Notes: generated by a model not told the origin, from the sequence alone. A stretch of DNA of 63,955 bases, filler included, from Intoshia linei (GCA_001642005.1; 12 parts of 12 records of this genome joined end to end with filler, not necessarily neighbours in it); one strand, 5' to 3'. Shown: positions 44,423 to 58,077, counted from the first letter of the whole stretch. Made by a program: numbers and translations.

Positions 44423-45481
44423 CTATGTTATTGTTAAAAAAAAATTGCAGAAAAGTTCCAATTTTTAATATTAAAATAAAAATTTATAACAAACTTGTAT
44501 TTCCGTGTATTGTACAAATCTATTTGTAGTATTACAATTGCTGTACTAATTTTTATGAAAATACTGTATACAATTTAATATTTGTCTATAACACTAGACA
44601 ACAAAATGAAAACTTTTTTCGAGGATCTGCATGAGACCCATACAAATAAAAAGCTGAAATTTTCCTAATCACCATGATACTTCTCTTTTTAATTTTACAG
44701 TTCGCTATCAAAAGATAATGACTGACAACATCATAGCAACTAAGCTCTTACTATCTTTTTAAATCTCATTATAGACGAATGGCACGTTTGATATAGATTT
44801 ATGGGATTTCAAAGTTGATTCTCGTATATTAAACTGTATATTTGCATTATCAGATTTTTATATTTATTAGTTATAGAATAACATTTTTTAGTGTTTGGCA
44901 AATATATACCACATGAAAAGCAATAATATGTTTCGTTTATTTCGTAGACATGCATTTTAAATTAATAAATAAATATTCAAACTTAAAAAAACTTCACCTT
45001 TTATAAAGTAAACATTATTTTAAATGATATAATTGGTCAAATTTAGAATTGAAGTGAAACTTTGTTATATATTTTTTTAACATTCACCGTGTTAATACAT
45101 GGGTTATATGAACTAAAACTTATAAATATATTATATCATTAAAATCAGCGCTAGATTATCCACAAGATTATTTTTAAGCAGATTTATTTTTCAGTGTTGT
45201 CTAGTGTAATATATAATTTATAAACACAGTAAATAATGTATCAATATAAATTAAATGGCCATAAAAATACATATTATCAATTTTAGTTTATTTGATGTTA
45301 AATTTAAAGTCAAACCTACTTAACTATGATGACAAATAAAAATTTTTTAATTGTTTATTATCAATTCACTATTGTCAGTCAATATTCGTAGTTACCAATA
45401 AGTTATCGGCGATAACTAGTTTATATTTTATTTTATATATTTATTTTTTATTACAATTTTTGTAGTTATAAATTATAAATT

Positions 45482-45650
45482 ACTAGCTTGGCTGTTTTGT
45501 ACTACGTACAAACAGCACCTAGCTCTGCCGAGGGCACTCTTTTATCATACCAAAAAAATAAATTCACGTTAAAAATCTAACTTAAAAATTCTACTATTAA
45601 CTATTATCAATCCTTTAAAGAAGTGGTTCCCAAATTTGTTTCAGGTGGAA
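45482..45650 (-). mobile_element. Helitron-like 3' end (hairpin + CTAG)
   Basis: Minus strand ..GCTGTTTGTACgtaGTACAAAACAGC-caag-CTAG^T. Related ends at 23070-23113(+), 36658-36698(+), 46775-46900(-) and 54467-54640(-). Confidence 0.7.
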
Positions 45651-45953
45651 CCATCATATCACCAGTAATTTTATCAAACAATTAAATTCTGTTCATATCC
45701 ATTGACGACTTTCAAACAGATCAAACATTTATTGTTTTTCAAGCAAACACGAAATTTTATATTTTGATGAATTTAACTTTAACTTTTTAAGTTTTATAAA
45801 ACTTATACGAAAAAATTTTTATTTATTTTATCATTTTAAAATTTATCGCCTTTATTTTTGAAAAGAATTTATCAATTTGATTAATGGAATATTTTAACTT
45901 TCGCTTGTAATTTTAATAATGAATAACTGAATTCTATTGAGATTAAATTTAAA

Positions 45954-46260
45954 TTAATATTTATTTAAGAAATTAGAGTTACACTTTAGAATCGTTCTCA
46001 TTTCTAGTAATTTAAGGCTGATATGAGTTGATCTTTTATTGTATCCTCCTGCGATACTAAATACTCTCTCAATCATTGAGGAACTCAATGGGACACAAAA
46101 TAACTTTAGTGCCAAAAGTTTTAAATGAGTATATTCTTCATTATTGGTCCACCATTTAATAGGATTTAGATTATGAGATATCAAAATTTGTGATTCATAG
46201 ATTTCTATTTGTTCAAGTAATGTTTTATTATTTATTTTGTTTTTATTCAAAAAGGCATAG
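45954..46260 (-). mobile_element. hAT transposase dimerisation-domain fragment
   Basis: NPIKWWTNNEEYTHLKLLALKLFCVPLSSSMIERVFSIAG. Confidence 0.85.
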
Positions 46261-47929
46261 NNNNNNNNNNNNNNNNNNNNNNNNNNNNNNNNNNNNNNNN
46301 NNNNTTAATTAATTAANNNNNNNNNNNNNNNNNNNNNNNNNNNNNNNNNNNNNNNNNNNNAAACCAAGAAGCAAATATGCTTTAATGGAAAAATGCAAAA
46401 CATTGATTTGGCTGTCTATAAACCAATATTCGCTCTCAGTTATTACGAAAAGTATTGCTGGCCAAATTATTTTAATGTTCCGTCCAACATTACTTGTGAT
46501 GATATTAAAAGACCATATCAAAAAATTCGTTCAAAATCAAATTCGTGTTCATTATAAATGTATAATATTATTTCAATATTAAGCAATTAATATATTTTGT
46601 AGTATTTTATTCATAATTAAATCAAACACCGTTACCCATAATATACAATAAAAATTTTTAGTTTTAAATGGTATGTCGTTTTGAATCACAAAAAAATAAT
46701 AGTATGGGAATATTAAATATTTTTTACGTTGTAAAATGTATGACGACTTAAAAACAAATTAAATAATAAAATGACTATGTATACTGTTATGTACAACGTA
46801 CAAACAGCACCTAGCTCTGCCGAGGGCACATTTTTATTCTACCAAAAAAATAAATTCAAGTTGATCATCTAACTTAAAAATTATATTATTCACTATTATT
46901 AATAACTAACTAACTAAAATTTATCATAGCATATAAATCATAGTGATTTCATTGTTTTTATAAAAATACATCTAATTATTTTGAATTTTATCAATTAAAT
47001 CAAAAGATTAATGTATAAAATATTTATAATGATGCATGTTTCTATAGCAGGGGTGTCAGACTCAATTTGCTTTTTCATACACAAATGAATTTTTGAGAAA
47101 TTGGAATTGTCCATGATGGTAGATTTGGATATTTGGACCAATTTGTGTAATATTTGTAAAATATTGATTTATAACTGCAATAATAACAATCAAAATCACA
47201 GATTACCTTTTTTTATATATACATAATATATGTTTATTATAATTTTGGGCTGATTTATGTTTCAAACAAAAGGGAAAATTAAGTTTTTGACAATGAAAGA
47301 CTTAAATTCTGAAACTGAAAAATAGATAAAACACGCTATGGGATGAACTATTAGAAATTATGTTTTTTTAATGTTTTAATTCATGTCCGTTGGTGAGGAT
47401 AATATTTACCACCAATGCTAATTACTTAAAAATTTATTTTAGATTTATGTTTTTTTAAATTTTTGGGCCTGTTTTATTTATATAAAAAATTAATTTTAAA
47501 ATTGGTTTTTGACCCTAAATAACTCAATTTCAGAAAATGAAACTTTAATATAAACATCACTCGCGAAAAATAGTATAGGAAATTGAGTTTTTTAAATTTT
47601 ACGATTGTTAATTTTTTAAATAAAAGGTAACACACACATTACATTCAATTTTATATAAGTAAGGATGTTATTGATCACGTATTTTCAAAAATACATTTTT
47701 AGTTTGATTTTTTACGTGTTTCATATTTAAAAAATTAATAAGAAATTTATTTCTTAAAAGCATATTGAAAGGTGTACTTGATCGTAAGGTTTGATATATA
47801 ACAAATAAACAACTATTTTACTAACATATCTGTCGCCCTCCAGAGAGTGATTCACGACATAACTTTTTCATAATGAAGAAAATATTTACATAAATTGTTA
47901 TATCATTTAATGACTTAATTAATATTTAG

Positions 47930-48162
47930 ACAAACTGATGGATAATTGTGTATATGATGTACTACACCGATGTACAAATAAATATGATAAAAGAATTTTA
48001 AAAGTTGAGCTATGAGAATTACCCAAAAATAAGTTATGCAGAAAGAAAACTGATTCTATACACAACAGCTGTAGTTCATGAAGTAATAAAACTCGCCATC
48101 CAAATCCCGTGATAAAAAGAAAAACTATGGAAGATTTTGTGATTGAAAACAAATATTTTATA
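47930..48162 (+). pseudogene. Cytochrome P450 (clan 2-like) I/J/K-helix relic
   Basis: *WIIVYMMYYTDVQINMIKEF*..PKISYAERKLILYTTAVVHEVIKL..P / VIKRKTMEDFVIENKYFI. It parallels W..LYM..YPDVQ..EID..S..DR..MPYT.AVIHEVQR..TTED. ExxR is degraded to EVIK; stops and a frameshift are present. Confidence 0.6.
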
Positions 48163-48750
48163 GAAACTAAAAATGTTAAACAATTAACGGTCCAAAAATT
48201 AACAAAAAGATTTGATAGAGCTTATTTTAGTTGATATAAAGACAAAATTTCAACCCCCTAAATCTACGCATTCCCGGTGAAAAATAATTTTTAATATATT
48301 ATCAACTAATATNNNNNNNNNNNNNNNNNNNNNNNNNNNNNNNNNNNNNNNNNNNNTTAATTAATTAANNNNNNNNNNNNNNNNNNNNNNNNNNNNNNNN
48401 NNNNNNNNNNNNTAATTTATTTATAGATACATTTAAATTTTTTACTTCAAGTTTAAAAAAATAACAATGTTAATAAATTTTCTTGCGACCCCAATTTATT
48501 TTGACGCGACCCCTAGTTTGAGAAGCCCTGCTTTAGATAGTGAAGTAATAGTGAACTTAACTGATATTGCTATACTAACTTGACTTATATAGAAAATAAA
48601 CTTAGATTCATGATAAATAATGTTTTATTTGACTGTCATTTTCATTGTTCATTATTTTTTTATAGTGAACATTAAAATAATTCGGAACCAAATGTTCACT
48701 ATCTACAAGTCTGACTGTATTTGTATTTAGTTGTCTTGAACCAACTATAA

Positions 48751-49440
48751 ATGGGTAAAGCAGAAAAAAGTGCAATATTAAGACTTCAATCTGACTTGAG
48801 AAAACCTGTGCCATACATTGAAGCAATACATGAAGAAAATAACATTTTGAACTGGCATTATGTGTTTACAGGGTCCTCTGATTCACCATATGAAGGTTTG
48901 ATTTAAGAAAAATTAATTGTAATTATTTTAGGTAGAATATACCACAGAATGTTACGTTTTCCAACGCATTATCCATTTAGTCCACCAAGTATTTTCATAT
49001 TGACCCCAAATGGAAGATTTGAATTAAACAAACGCAATTGTCTCTCTGTCAGTGATTACCATCCAGATACATGGAATCCATCTTGGTGCGTGTCTACTAT
49101 TTTAATTGGATTGTTAAGTTTTATGCTTGATAATGTCGAAACCGGAGGAAGTATAAATACTTCTGATAAAATTAAGAAAATTCTTGCTAAACAGTCTCTA
49201 GCATTCAATTTACAATATAAAATGTTTAATACGCTATTTCCAAAATATATATAAAAATTTGAAGAAAAAAATGAAAATTAAAGACTTGAACCTATCAAAT
49301 CAGTCAGTATGAAAAAAATATCCGATAATTGAGAATTTAAAATTTCAATATTTGTAATAATATCAATAAATTACTTTGTCATTTTCAAATTTTAATTTTT
49401 CATTGTTTTGTAATATTTTTTGGTTTTGTTTTATTAAATT
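48751..49440 (+). pseudogene. UBE2J2: Ubiquitin-conjugating enzyme E2 J2 (Ubc6-like), probably pseudogenised
   Basis: Exons 48751-48895 and 48932 onward (36-nt intron). PVPYI..NILNWHYV..SPYEG|RIYHRMLRFP..PPSIFILTPNGRF..CLSVSDYHPDTWNPSW. The conserved GxYHG has become RIYHR, helix 1 has a short deletion, and TAA at 49252-49254 plus further stops precede the hydrophobic tail anchor. Confidence 0.8.
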
Positions 49441-50519
49441 GTTTATTTTATTATAAATATTCTTTTCGTTCAATAAAATTGTATTTTGATCTGATAATAA
49501 ATTTAATTGACAAGAATATCTAATGATAAAAAATTATAATCATATTTGCATACAATATGTATAAATTTACTTTAACTTTTAATCTTCCAAATGAATAATT
49601 TTATTTTCCATCGTTTTCCAAATTTTTCCATTAGAGGAACTATCCCGGTTTTCATATAAAGTTAGTTTTGCTGCATTATTACTTACTTACTCAAAAATTA
49701 AATTAACTCTAAAAATATTCCGTTTCCGTCTATTTTATATATTTGCATTTCAACAGTTGAAATGAACCGAATACTTATTATGTTTATCAAATAATTTCGG
49801 ATATTTGAATTGTTTAGATATTAAGGAAACTATTCATCAAAACCCACTTATTTTAGTAACTATTGACTCATAGGTTTTCTGGGACATGTATTTTTTTGTA
49901 TATCTATCTTTCGGGAAAGTTAAATAAAATTTTTTAGCCCAAATGAAATAAATAATTAATTTTGAATTTAAAAAATATATTCAAAATTAACAATTTTATA
50001 TTCACAATGTAAATATATTGATAATAATAATGATTATTTCTATCCTAACTTATATTACATTAGACAAAAAAATGAAAACTTTTTTCGAGGATCTGCATGA
50101 GACTTATATAAATAAAAAGCTAAAGCTAAAGCAAAAACATCATAGCAACTAAGCTATTTCAATTAATTTTAGTTTCTTAATTTTTAATTNNNNNNNNNNN
50201 NNNNNNNNNNNNNNNNNNNNNNNNNNNNNNNNNTTAATTAATTAANNNNNNNNNNNNNNNNNNNNNNNNNNNNNNNNNNNNNNNNNNNNCTCTATAACTA
50301 CAATTGGTAATTACCTAAAATTATATATGGTGAGAAATAGGCATGTATGTATTAACTTCCCAAATTTTTGGAAATATCAAAGCCAAAAAATTGAAAAAAT
50401 TTGTCTGGGAGTATATGGGTTAATGAAGCTGAAATGAAATAAAAAAATATAATATTTCTTATATGTTCAAGTTTCTATTGATATTATTCTGGGAGGTATC
50501 TAATATATTTTATCATATT

Positions 50520-50960
50520 TAAGAGAGGCATTGAAGACACAATAATTGTGATGGATAATGCAAAATATCATAAATGTTTACCTCCTCTAACGCCCAAAAA
50601 AAGGTGATAAAAAACAAATATTACTACAGTATTGCAATCAAAAAAAACATCGATTGTAATGAATCAGACCTGAAAACAATTATATGGTTTAAAGTAGAAA
50701 CGCATATAAATAGAAATAAAAGCCTGTCGTGCAAAATAGCGAAAAATTTAAGGCATAGGGTAATATTTTCACCACCTTATCATTCAGATTTTTAGTCTAC
50801 AGAATTGGTTTTGGTCAATCTGAAGGGTACTGTAGGTAGAATGTAGGACCTTTACACTGTCTGATGTAAAAATGAGACTAGAATAGGCGTTTAAAATATT
50901 CGGGAATATAAATATTACGTGGTAGAAATAAATATATTTAGGAGAAAAACTATTAAAGGG
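50520..50960 (+). mobile_element. IS630/Tc1-like transposase relic
   Basis: IIVMDNAKYH ... HRVIFSPPYHSDF*STELVLVNLKG. Confidence 0.75.
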
Positions 50961-51569
50961 TGTATAACTAAACAAATATGGTCATGAAGTTGGCGTAAAA
51001 CCAAAGGATTGAATGTGAATCAGACGTAGAATAAACTTCACAGTCAGATGATGACAGATATAAGTTGGTAATATTCAAAAATAAATCTAAATATTTTAAA
51101 TTTAGCTTTAGCTAAAAGTTATACCATAATGTATACTCAATCTCTACTATTAAATGTTTAAACGTTTGCTACAAAAATAATACAGTCCGCCCTGGTTTGG
51201 GTCGAACCACGGCAACAACACCCTCGCTTTTTGGGGCAATTTTTCAATATTGTATTAGTTTCATAGTATTATGTATTATATCCTATAAATAAGTGTCAAA
51301 TAAATCTCGTTTTGGGGCACTTTATTTTTGTATCATAAAATCGTTTAAAAATCATAATTATAATGTACTGAGAGAATTTTTCCTAACTATTAATTGTGAC
51401 GAATTATCAAATTACCTTTCTAATTCAAACATAAGTCAATCTATTGTTATAATTTTTCAAACATGGGAAAAAATAACTGGAAACAATTAAAAATTGCTGG
51501 AAAAAGATAAATGAACACCGTAAAAAGACGCATATAACAATTCCTAATATAAAAACTAATTAAATCGAA

Positions 51570-52360
51570 TTATGAATCAAACTGGAGCATACTACTTAAC
51601 TCAGGATATTTAGGACCTTCTGATACTCCTGAGATATCAAAAATAGCAATGCCACGACCTTCGCAGTGTGTTACCGCTAATGAAAAAACCAACCTAAGAA
51701 ATATGGCTCTTAAACGTGTACCAGTAGAGCAATTCTTTGGAAGACTTAAAAAATCCTTCAAGATATTGTTTTTTATTTTTAAAACTCACTTAATTCAGCT
51801 TTTTTTCCATTGGGTGATAATTTAAATTTTTCAACGATAGCCACAATTTTAGGTAAACTTTGTTCTGAATCTTATATATTTTCGAATAGAAAATTTTTTA
51901 TTTTTTTGTTGGATTGTTAGACGTTTTTATATAACAAAAATTTAGATCAAAATTCTTTCATTTTTCTGAGCCCTGAACAATTTTATGTACTATATTGTTT
52001 AGTTTTTTAGTGTAAAAATTATAATTTGTCCACTGGTGCGTATAAATAGAGTAACTAGATTATGCTATGTTTATTTTTAAATTTAGATATTTTCTGGTGT
52101 TAACACATACAACAGAATTCACTTTGACATTAACTTCGATATATGTGTACTATTAACAAATGAATTAATATCAAGAAACGCCTTAAATGAAATGGATCAT
52201 ACGTATGAAATCAGACTCATGTCTATCAGAAAAGATCGAAAACGAGAAAGAACGTTGAAGCGTAAACAATCTGCTGATCGTTACCGGGAAAGATCTTCTA
52301 TGAGAAATGAATTGGATAATTCATTATCCAGTCAATATAGTGACATTATGTATTAAATTT
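51570..52360 (+). mobile_element. Second copy of the intron-containing Harbinger-like transposase
   Basis: Close match to 6050-6850 ([28 protein letters not shown]); the intron donor is mutated to AT. Confidence 0.75.
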
Positions 52361-52704
52361 TATTGTGAACCATTATTATTGTATTGCATTCTTCNTTGAC
52401 TTCGATATATGTGTACTATTAACAAATGAATTAATATCAAGAAACGCCTTAAATGAAATGGATCATACGTATGAAATCAGACTCATGTCTATCAGAAAAA
52501 ATCAAGAACCAAAAAAAACGTTGAAGCGTAAACAATCTGCTGATCTTTACCGGGAAAGATCTTCTATAAGAAATGAATTGGATAATTCATTATCCAGTCA
52601 ATATAGTGACATTATGTATTATCTTTTACATTATCTAAGAGTGCTAGTTATTTCAATAAAGTAGGACAGACAAACAAAAATCGCGTTGCATATTATATAA
52701 GTTA

Positions 52705-53015
52705 GGACAAGATAATACTAGACCTCATGTGAGCAAAAAAACAATGGAAATATTTGCTGCTGAATCAATACAATTATTAGGTTGGCCTCCTTATTCTACT
52801 GATATATTCTCAATAGAAAATCTATGGTCAATTATGAAGAATCGGTTATATGATGGTTCACAATTTAATTCGAAAATGCGAGTATAGCAGAAAATATCTC
52901 ACATTGTCCAGAAACTCAATTTAAAGGAAAAGACCTGATTATAGGGCTACATAAACCATTTAATTCAAAAATGTACGAGGTTGTGATGAATAATGGAAAT
53001 TTGATAGATGTATAG
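52705..53015 (+). mobile_element. Tc1-like transposase C-terminal relic
   Basis: QDNTRPHVSKKT..LLGWPPYSTDIFSIENLWSIMKNRLY. Confidence 0.85.
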
Positions 53016-53453
53016 AATATAATATATATTTAATGTGTGAATAAATAATTATATTTATTGTTTTGCAAAATTGTTAAAACTTTCATATCTACATATAAAT
53101 GAAAAAAATCAATTTCTACAAATTAATTCGGCCCATTTTTTTATTTTTTTTAACCTATGATAGATCTTGCTTCGCTAATTAATACATAAAAGAGTGGAGA
53201 CTTAGAGTTTCACTGATACCAATTGTAAAATTGCTACGAGAGAGTACAAGTAAAATTCGATAATTCATCTACTCGATAAATTGTAAAATATTTTATTTTA
53301 TCTCGTTAAATTGTAATTTAAAATAAAAATTAAGTTTATTATTTTGTACATTATCTTAATGCTGTCACATATCTAACTTTATTTTCTTTATCAATTAAAA
53401 TTCCTTTTTTATATTTACAACTTACCAATTACAATTTTTAACTGATTTAACTA

Positions 53454-53799
53454 TTGATGAAAAATTGCAAATTCTCAAAGAATTGGAAAACGGAATTATG
53501 CACAAAGTATAAAACCGCAATTTCCACAATTTATTCAATTAAAAAAAATAAACAGAAATTACTCAACGTTGGAAAATATGGATTCTGTACAAACAATATA
53601 ATTAGAAAATTCATGAAACAGCCCTTTTTCCCAAAACTAGAAGCATCATTGTTTTATTGGTTCATTGATCGACGTTTTTCCAAAATCCCAACAAATGACG
53701 ATATTATCATTGAGAAAGCCAAATTTTTCCACAATCAATTCTACTCTGGAACAATCTTTAAGGCTAGCTATGGTTGGCTTTACAAATTTAAAGACAGAC
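53454..53799 (+). mobile_element. pogo/Tigger transposase N-terminus (CENP-B type HTH)
   Basis: LCTKYKTAISTIYSIKKNK..FPKLEASLFYWFIDRR..IIIEKAKFFH..FKASYGWLYKFKDR; cut by a gap. Confidence 0.88.
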
Positions 53800-53899
53800 N
53801 NNNNNNNNNNNNNNNNNNNNNNNNNNNNNNNNNNNNNNNNNNNTTAATTAATTAANNNNNNNNNNNNNNNNNNNNNNNNNNNNNNNNNNNNNNNNNNNN

Positions 53900-54065
53900 G
53901 AAGGGTTAAAATTGGACATAGAAAAGTTTTTGTCCAATAAAGAAGCGAGTTTTAATGCTAATGGTATAAATAGACTACCGGAACGTTGGAAAAAGTTTTT
54001 AATGTAATCAAATAAACTTTTTAATTTTGTTAAAAAAACGACATTACTTATGAAACGACCTAATA
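53900..54065 (+). mobile_element. mariner 3' end relic
   Basis: NGINRLPERWKKF followed by a TIR-like CATTACTTTATGAAACGACCTAATA. Confidence 0.65.
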
Positions 54066-54310
54066 ACTTGTCTCATTTTTAAAAAATATAATGCTTATTT
54101 AATCAATTCAGATTAAAATTAAAATTTTTTGATTTCAAATGAATTTAACTTAATTTAATTTTATTTACTTATTGAGAAAATTTACTTACTATTTGTTAAT
54201 TTTAAACCAGATAGCACTGTAGTTGTATAATTAAAACTTATTAATATTTTGATTAGTTACAAAATATAATACAATAATGATAATAATAAATTTATTAATA
54301 AAATGAAAAC

Positions 54311-55908
54311 CTATATCTATTCCTGTAAAGTCTGACAACATTTGTAAAAACGTCTCATTAACACACATTCCTCCATCAACTCGCAAAATATTAACTTTTA
54401 CTCCATAATCATCCATTAGTTTAAGAGACTAAACTTTATATACAAAATCATATATACTTTATATATTACTAGGTTCACTGTTATGTACTAAGCACAAAAA
54501 GCACCTAGCTCTGCCGAGGGCACATTTGTATTCTACCATAAAAATAAATTAACGTTGAAAATCTAATTTAAAAATCCTACTATTCACCATTATCAATCCT
54601 TTAAAGGAGTGGTTTCCAAATTTGTTTCAGGTGGAAATATATTAAAAATTATTTTTCACCGGGAATGCGTAGATTTCTGGGGTTGAAATTTTGTCATTAT
54701 ATCAAATGGAGTAAGCTCTATCAGAATAATCTTTTCTTTTAATTTTAGGATCGTTAATTATTTCACATTTTTTGTTTTAATAAAATATTTCGGAAAAAAA
54801 AATATGAATACTAAAATGATTTTTTGGACGTGAAGTCGTCACTTATTCGAATTGACATTTTTTTGTGTGTTAACAGGATACAACTGTACCACCAGTAAAT
54901 TTTTTGAAATTCTAGGGGTATTTTCATTAAAAAAAAGTGTCATTTGTGGTTTTGGCCCTGAAGATATAAACAGATTGCAATTTTTTGTGTGTGTTAATAG
55001 GTTAAAACTGTACCACTTGTAATATGGTTTAAATTCTAAAGCTGTGATAATTTAAAAATGTATGCCTGTTTATTTATTTATTTGTTTGTTCCAATTTATT
55101 TAAAAAAGTAAGAAATGTATAGTTTTCAAAATACCACTTTCTTATTATATATATATATACACTAATTTATCGTCAATTCGGTTTCATCGCAAATTGCATT
55201 TTCAAAAAGTTAGTCCTTGAAGGTCAAAAACCAATTTGCATTTTTTTTAAAATCAAATCAGTTGTATAATTATAAAGAATTCAAAATTTCATAACTATTT
55301 TAAAATCATCGATATTATGATAATTTTAATTTTCAAAATCTTATATCTTCCGGCTAAAACCCAAAATTACCCTTTTTTGAAAAAATTAAGAAAGTGTTAG
55401 AATTTTATACAACATAAATTCTGGTATAGATATTATAATCATAAACATTACCATACATCGCACCACCAAAAGTGCATTTTCACCATCAAAACCCCAGATT
55501 ACCCTTTTTTTAAAATATGAAAATGGTCCTATAAAATTAAAATAAATGCAGGTGGTAAAGTTAATCCAGTTAACACACAAAAAAATTTCAATCATCAAAA
55601 ATGACGCGTTCACGTTCAAAAAAGCATTTTAGTATTTATTTTACTTTATTTGGAAACTATTTTGATATTTAAACCACTTACATCTGCTGTTGCGAATGCA
55701 ATAGACTCCAAACAGGCTCTGGCTATATGAGCTTTTGATGTGTTCAAGTTCATTCCATAAATAGATCTAAAAATGTAATTATATAATAATTAAATTTATA
55801 AAATAAAATACGCTCGAATATTAGGATCCCAGTGTGGCGTAAAAAATCCACTAAATGTTGTTACAAAGTATACACCATTTGTGTCTTCCACAGATTTAGC
55901 CAATTGTT
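54311..55908 (-). CDS. GK: Glycerol kinase (FGGY family), three internal exons
   Basis: Exons ~55908-55813, ~55766-55681 and ~54428-54311: LAKSVEDTNGVYFVTTFSGFFTPHWDPNIR | IYGMNLNTSKAHIARACLESIAFATAD | LRVDGGMCVNETFLQMLSDFTGIDI. The remaining exons are not in this contig. Confidence 0.85.
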
Positions 55909-56290
55909 CTAAAATGAAAATAAATTAGTTTAGTCAATCGGTGATGAAAATTTCAACAAAATTGACTCCATATAATAATTATAATGACTTTTGATAATTA
56001 TAGTCTTTCAATTCCAATACTGTTATCACTTATTAAAGGAATTTTTGTTAAAACGAAAATTCCATTCCCTTATTTATGGTTAATCAATTAATTTAAATGG
56101 TTTATCACCTTATTTTATTTCTGTAAAAATTTAACTATAAAATTTTTTATGGACCTCAAAAAACTGCTGTGGACTCCCAGGGTCCACATGAACCCGTTGA
56201 TAATGGTTGGTGTATAGTAATTCGTCATTTATTATTCATAAACTTAATTCTGTTAATAAGGACTTACCATGTAGAATCTACATTGTAGAT

Positions 56291-57470
56291 CAGCGGTTCC
56301 CAACCTGAGGGTCGCCAAAGCCTTTTAAAAAATTGTTTTATGACACCGAATTTTTGACGTTTTTTTAAAAAGTCGGCAACAAATTTATATTTACAAAATG
56401 ATTTTTAAACTTGGTTTGGTAAATATGGAAACATAATTTTTGTAATACATCATAATCAAAACGTTAGTTTAAACTGATAGCAGCAACATAAAATTCATTT
56501 TGTACAATTTTAAATTGCCCATGATGAATCGAGAAAAAAATATTAAGAAAAGAAAGTACACTGAAGAATTTTTAAAATATGGGTTTACTTTTATAGTTGA
56601 GGCAGGAATTGAAAATCCACAATGTGTCATTTGCTGCGAAATTATGTGAGCTGAATCCATGAAGCTCAACAAAATGAAACGTCATTTTAACACTAAACAT
56701 CATAATTTAGCGGGCAAGGATGTCCAATATTTTATAAATAAAGCTGATTGTGTTAAAAAAAGCAGGCTTGANAAGCCCAACAAAATGAAACGTCATTTTA
56801 ACACTAAACATCATAATTTAGCGGGCAAGGATGTCCCATATTTTATAAATAAAGCTGATTGTGTTAAAAAAAGCAGGCTCGATTTTGGCGGTCAATATCA
56901 ACAGCAAAATATGGCAGCCATTGAAGCTTCATATTTGGTGGCTCTTCAAAATTGCCAAAGCCAAGAAACCTCACACCATTGCCGAGGAGTTGCTGCTGCC
57001 AGCAACCAAAGACATTGTTCGAGTTATGCTTGGAGCTAAACATGTCAAAAAACTGAATACAATATCCTTGTCCAATAACACTATTATTAGAAAAATAAAT
57101 GACATGTCTGCTGATATTATGGAACAAATAATGCAGGGAATGAAATTAACTCCACTTGGAATATTTAATATCCAGCTTGATGAATCAACAGATGTCGCAA
57201 ACTGTTCTCAGTTACTGGTTTACGTGAGATATATTTAATTTTAAAAATGAGTTTTTTTTTGCAAACCACTAGAAACAACTACTACTACACGAGATGTCTT
57301 TGATACAGTTGGTTCATTTTTGCAAAATCATGACATTCCTTGGGGAAATGTTTGTGGTGTTTGTACAGACGGTGCTCCAGCAATGATCGGATGTAGGTTG
57401 ATATTTCAACGTTTGATAATCAATGCATCACCGAAAGCCATCGGAACTCACTGTATGATTCATCGACAAG
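56291..57470 (+). mobile_element. hAT Buster/Charlie (ZBED5-like) transposon, left end and decayed transposase
   Basis: TIR CAGCGGTTCCCAACCT; [82 protein letters not shown]. Confidence 0.93.
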
Positions 57471-57879
57471 NNNNNNNNNNNNNNNNNNNNNNNNNNNNNN
57501 NNNNNNNNNNNNNNTTAATTAATTAANNNNNNNNNNNNNNNNNNNNNNNNNNNNNNNNNNNNNNNNNNNNTTGTTAATTAATTTCTAAAATATTAAACTT
57601 ATCATGACAAATTTTAGTATTTAATATTTAAATTATTAGTCCTTTTCATAGTGTGAAAAATAATAAATTGGCATTTTAACAACATGTTCACCTGGGAAAA
57701 ATAAGACTTCACATAGTTTTGAAGTTGAGTTTACATTGTAGGTAAAATATCAAATTGATATTTAATATTGTATTTTGCGTCTAAGACATATTTTGACTAC
57801 AAATTGATGTGTGATTAAATTAAAACCAGCAAAATAGTTTCATTTCTAAGCCAAAATTATACTAAAATTAAGATTAAAA

Positions 57880-58077
57880 ATTTTATGAAATACAGTGATA
57901 TCTCGTTCTCGTCATGTTCGATTACTTAAATTTTAGTTTATTTAGAAACAATTTTAAGCCAAAAATATTTTTTGCAATCATAGATATGTAATTTTGGCTT
58001 TACATTTAACTCCAAATAAACTAAAATTGAAGTAATAAAAATGACAAGAACAAGATATAACTGTATTTCATAAAATC
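57880..58077. repeat. Foldback inverted repeat (~90-bp arms)
   Basis: TTTTATGAAATACAGTGATATCTCGTTCTCGTCAT.. pairs with ..ATGACAAGAACAAGATATAACTGTATTTCATAAAA. Confidence 0.75.

Noticed and set aside
52128-52664. Tandem duplication of the Harbinger 3' region
   Set aside because: Joined at a single n (52395); probably two alleles or copies stitched together by the scaffolder.
56660-56880. Internal repeat KMKRHFNTKH.. in the Buster transposase
   Set aside because: The duplication spans a single n (56772); assembly artefact.
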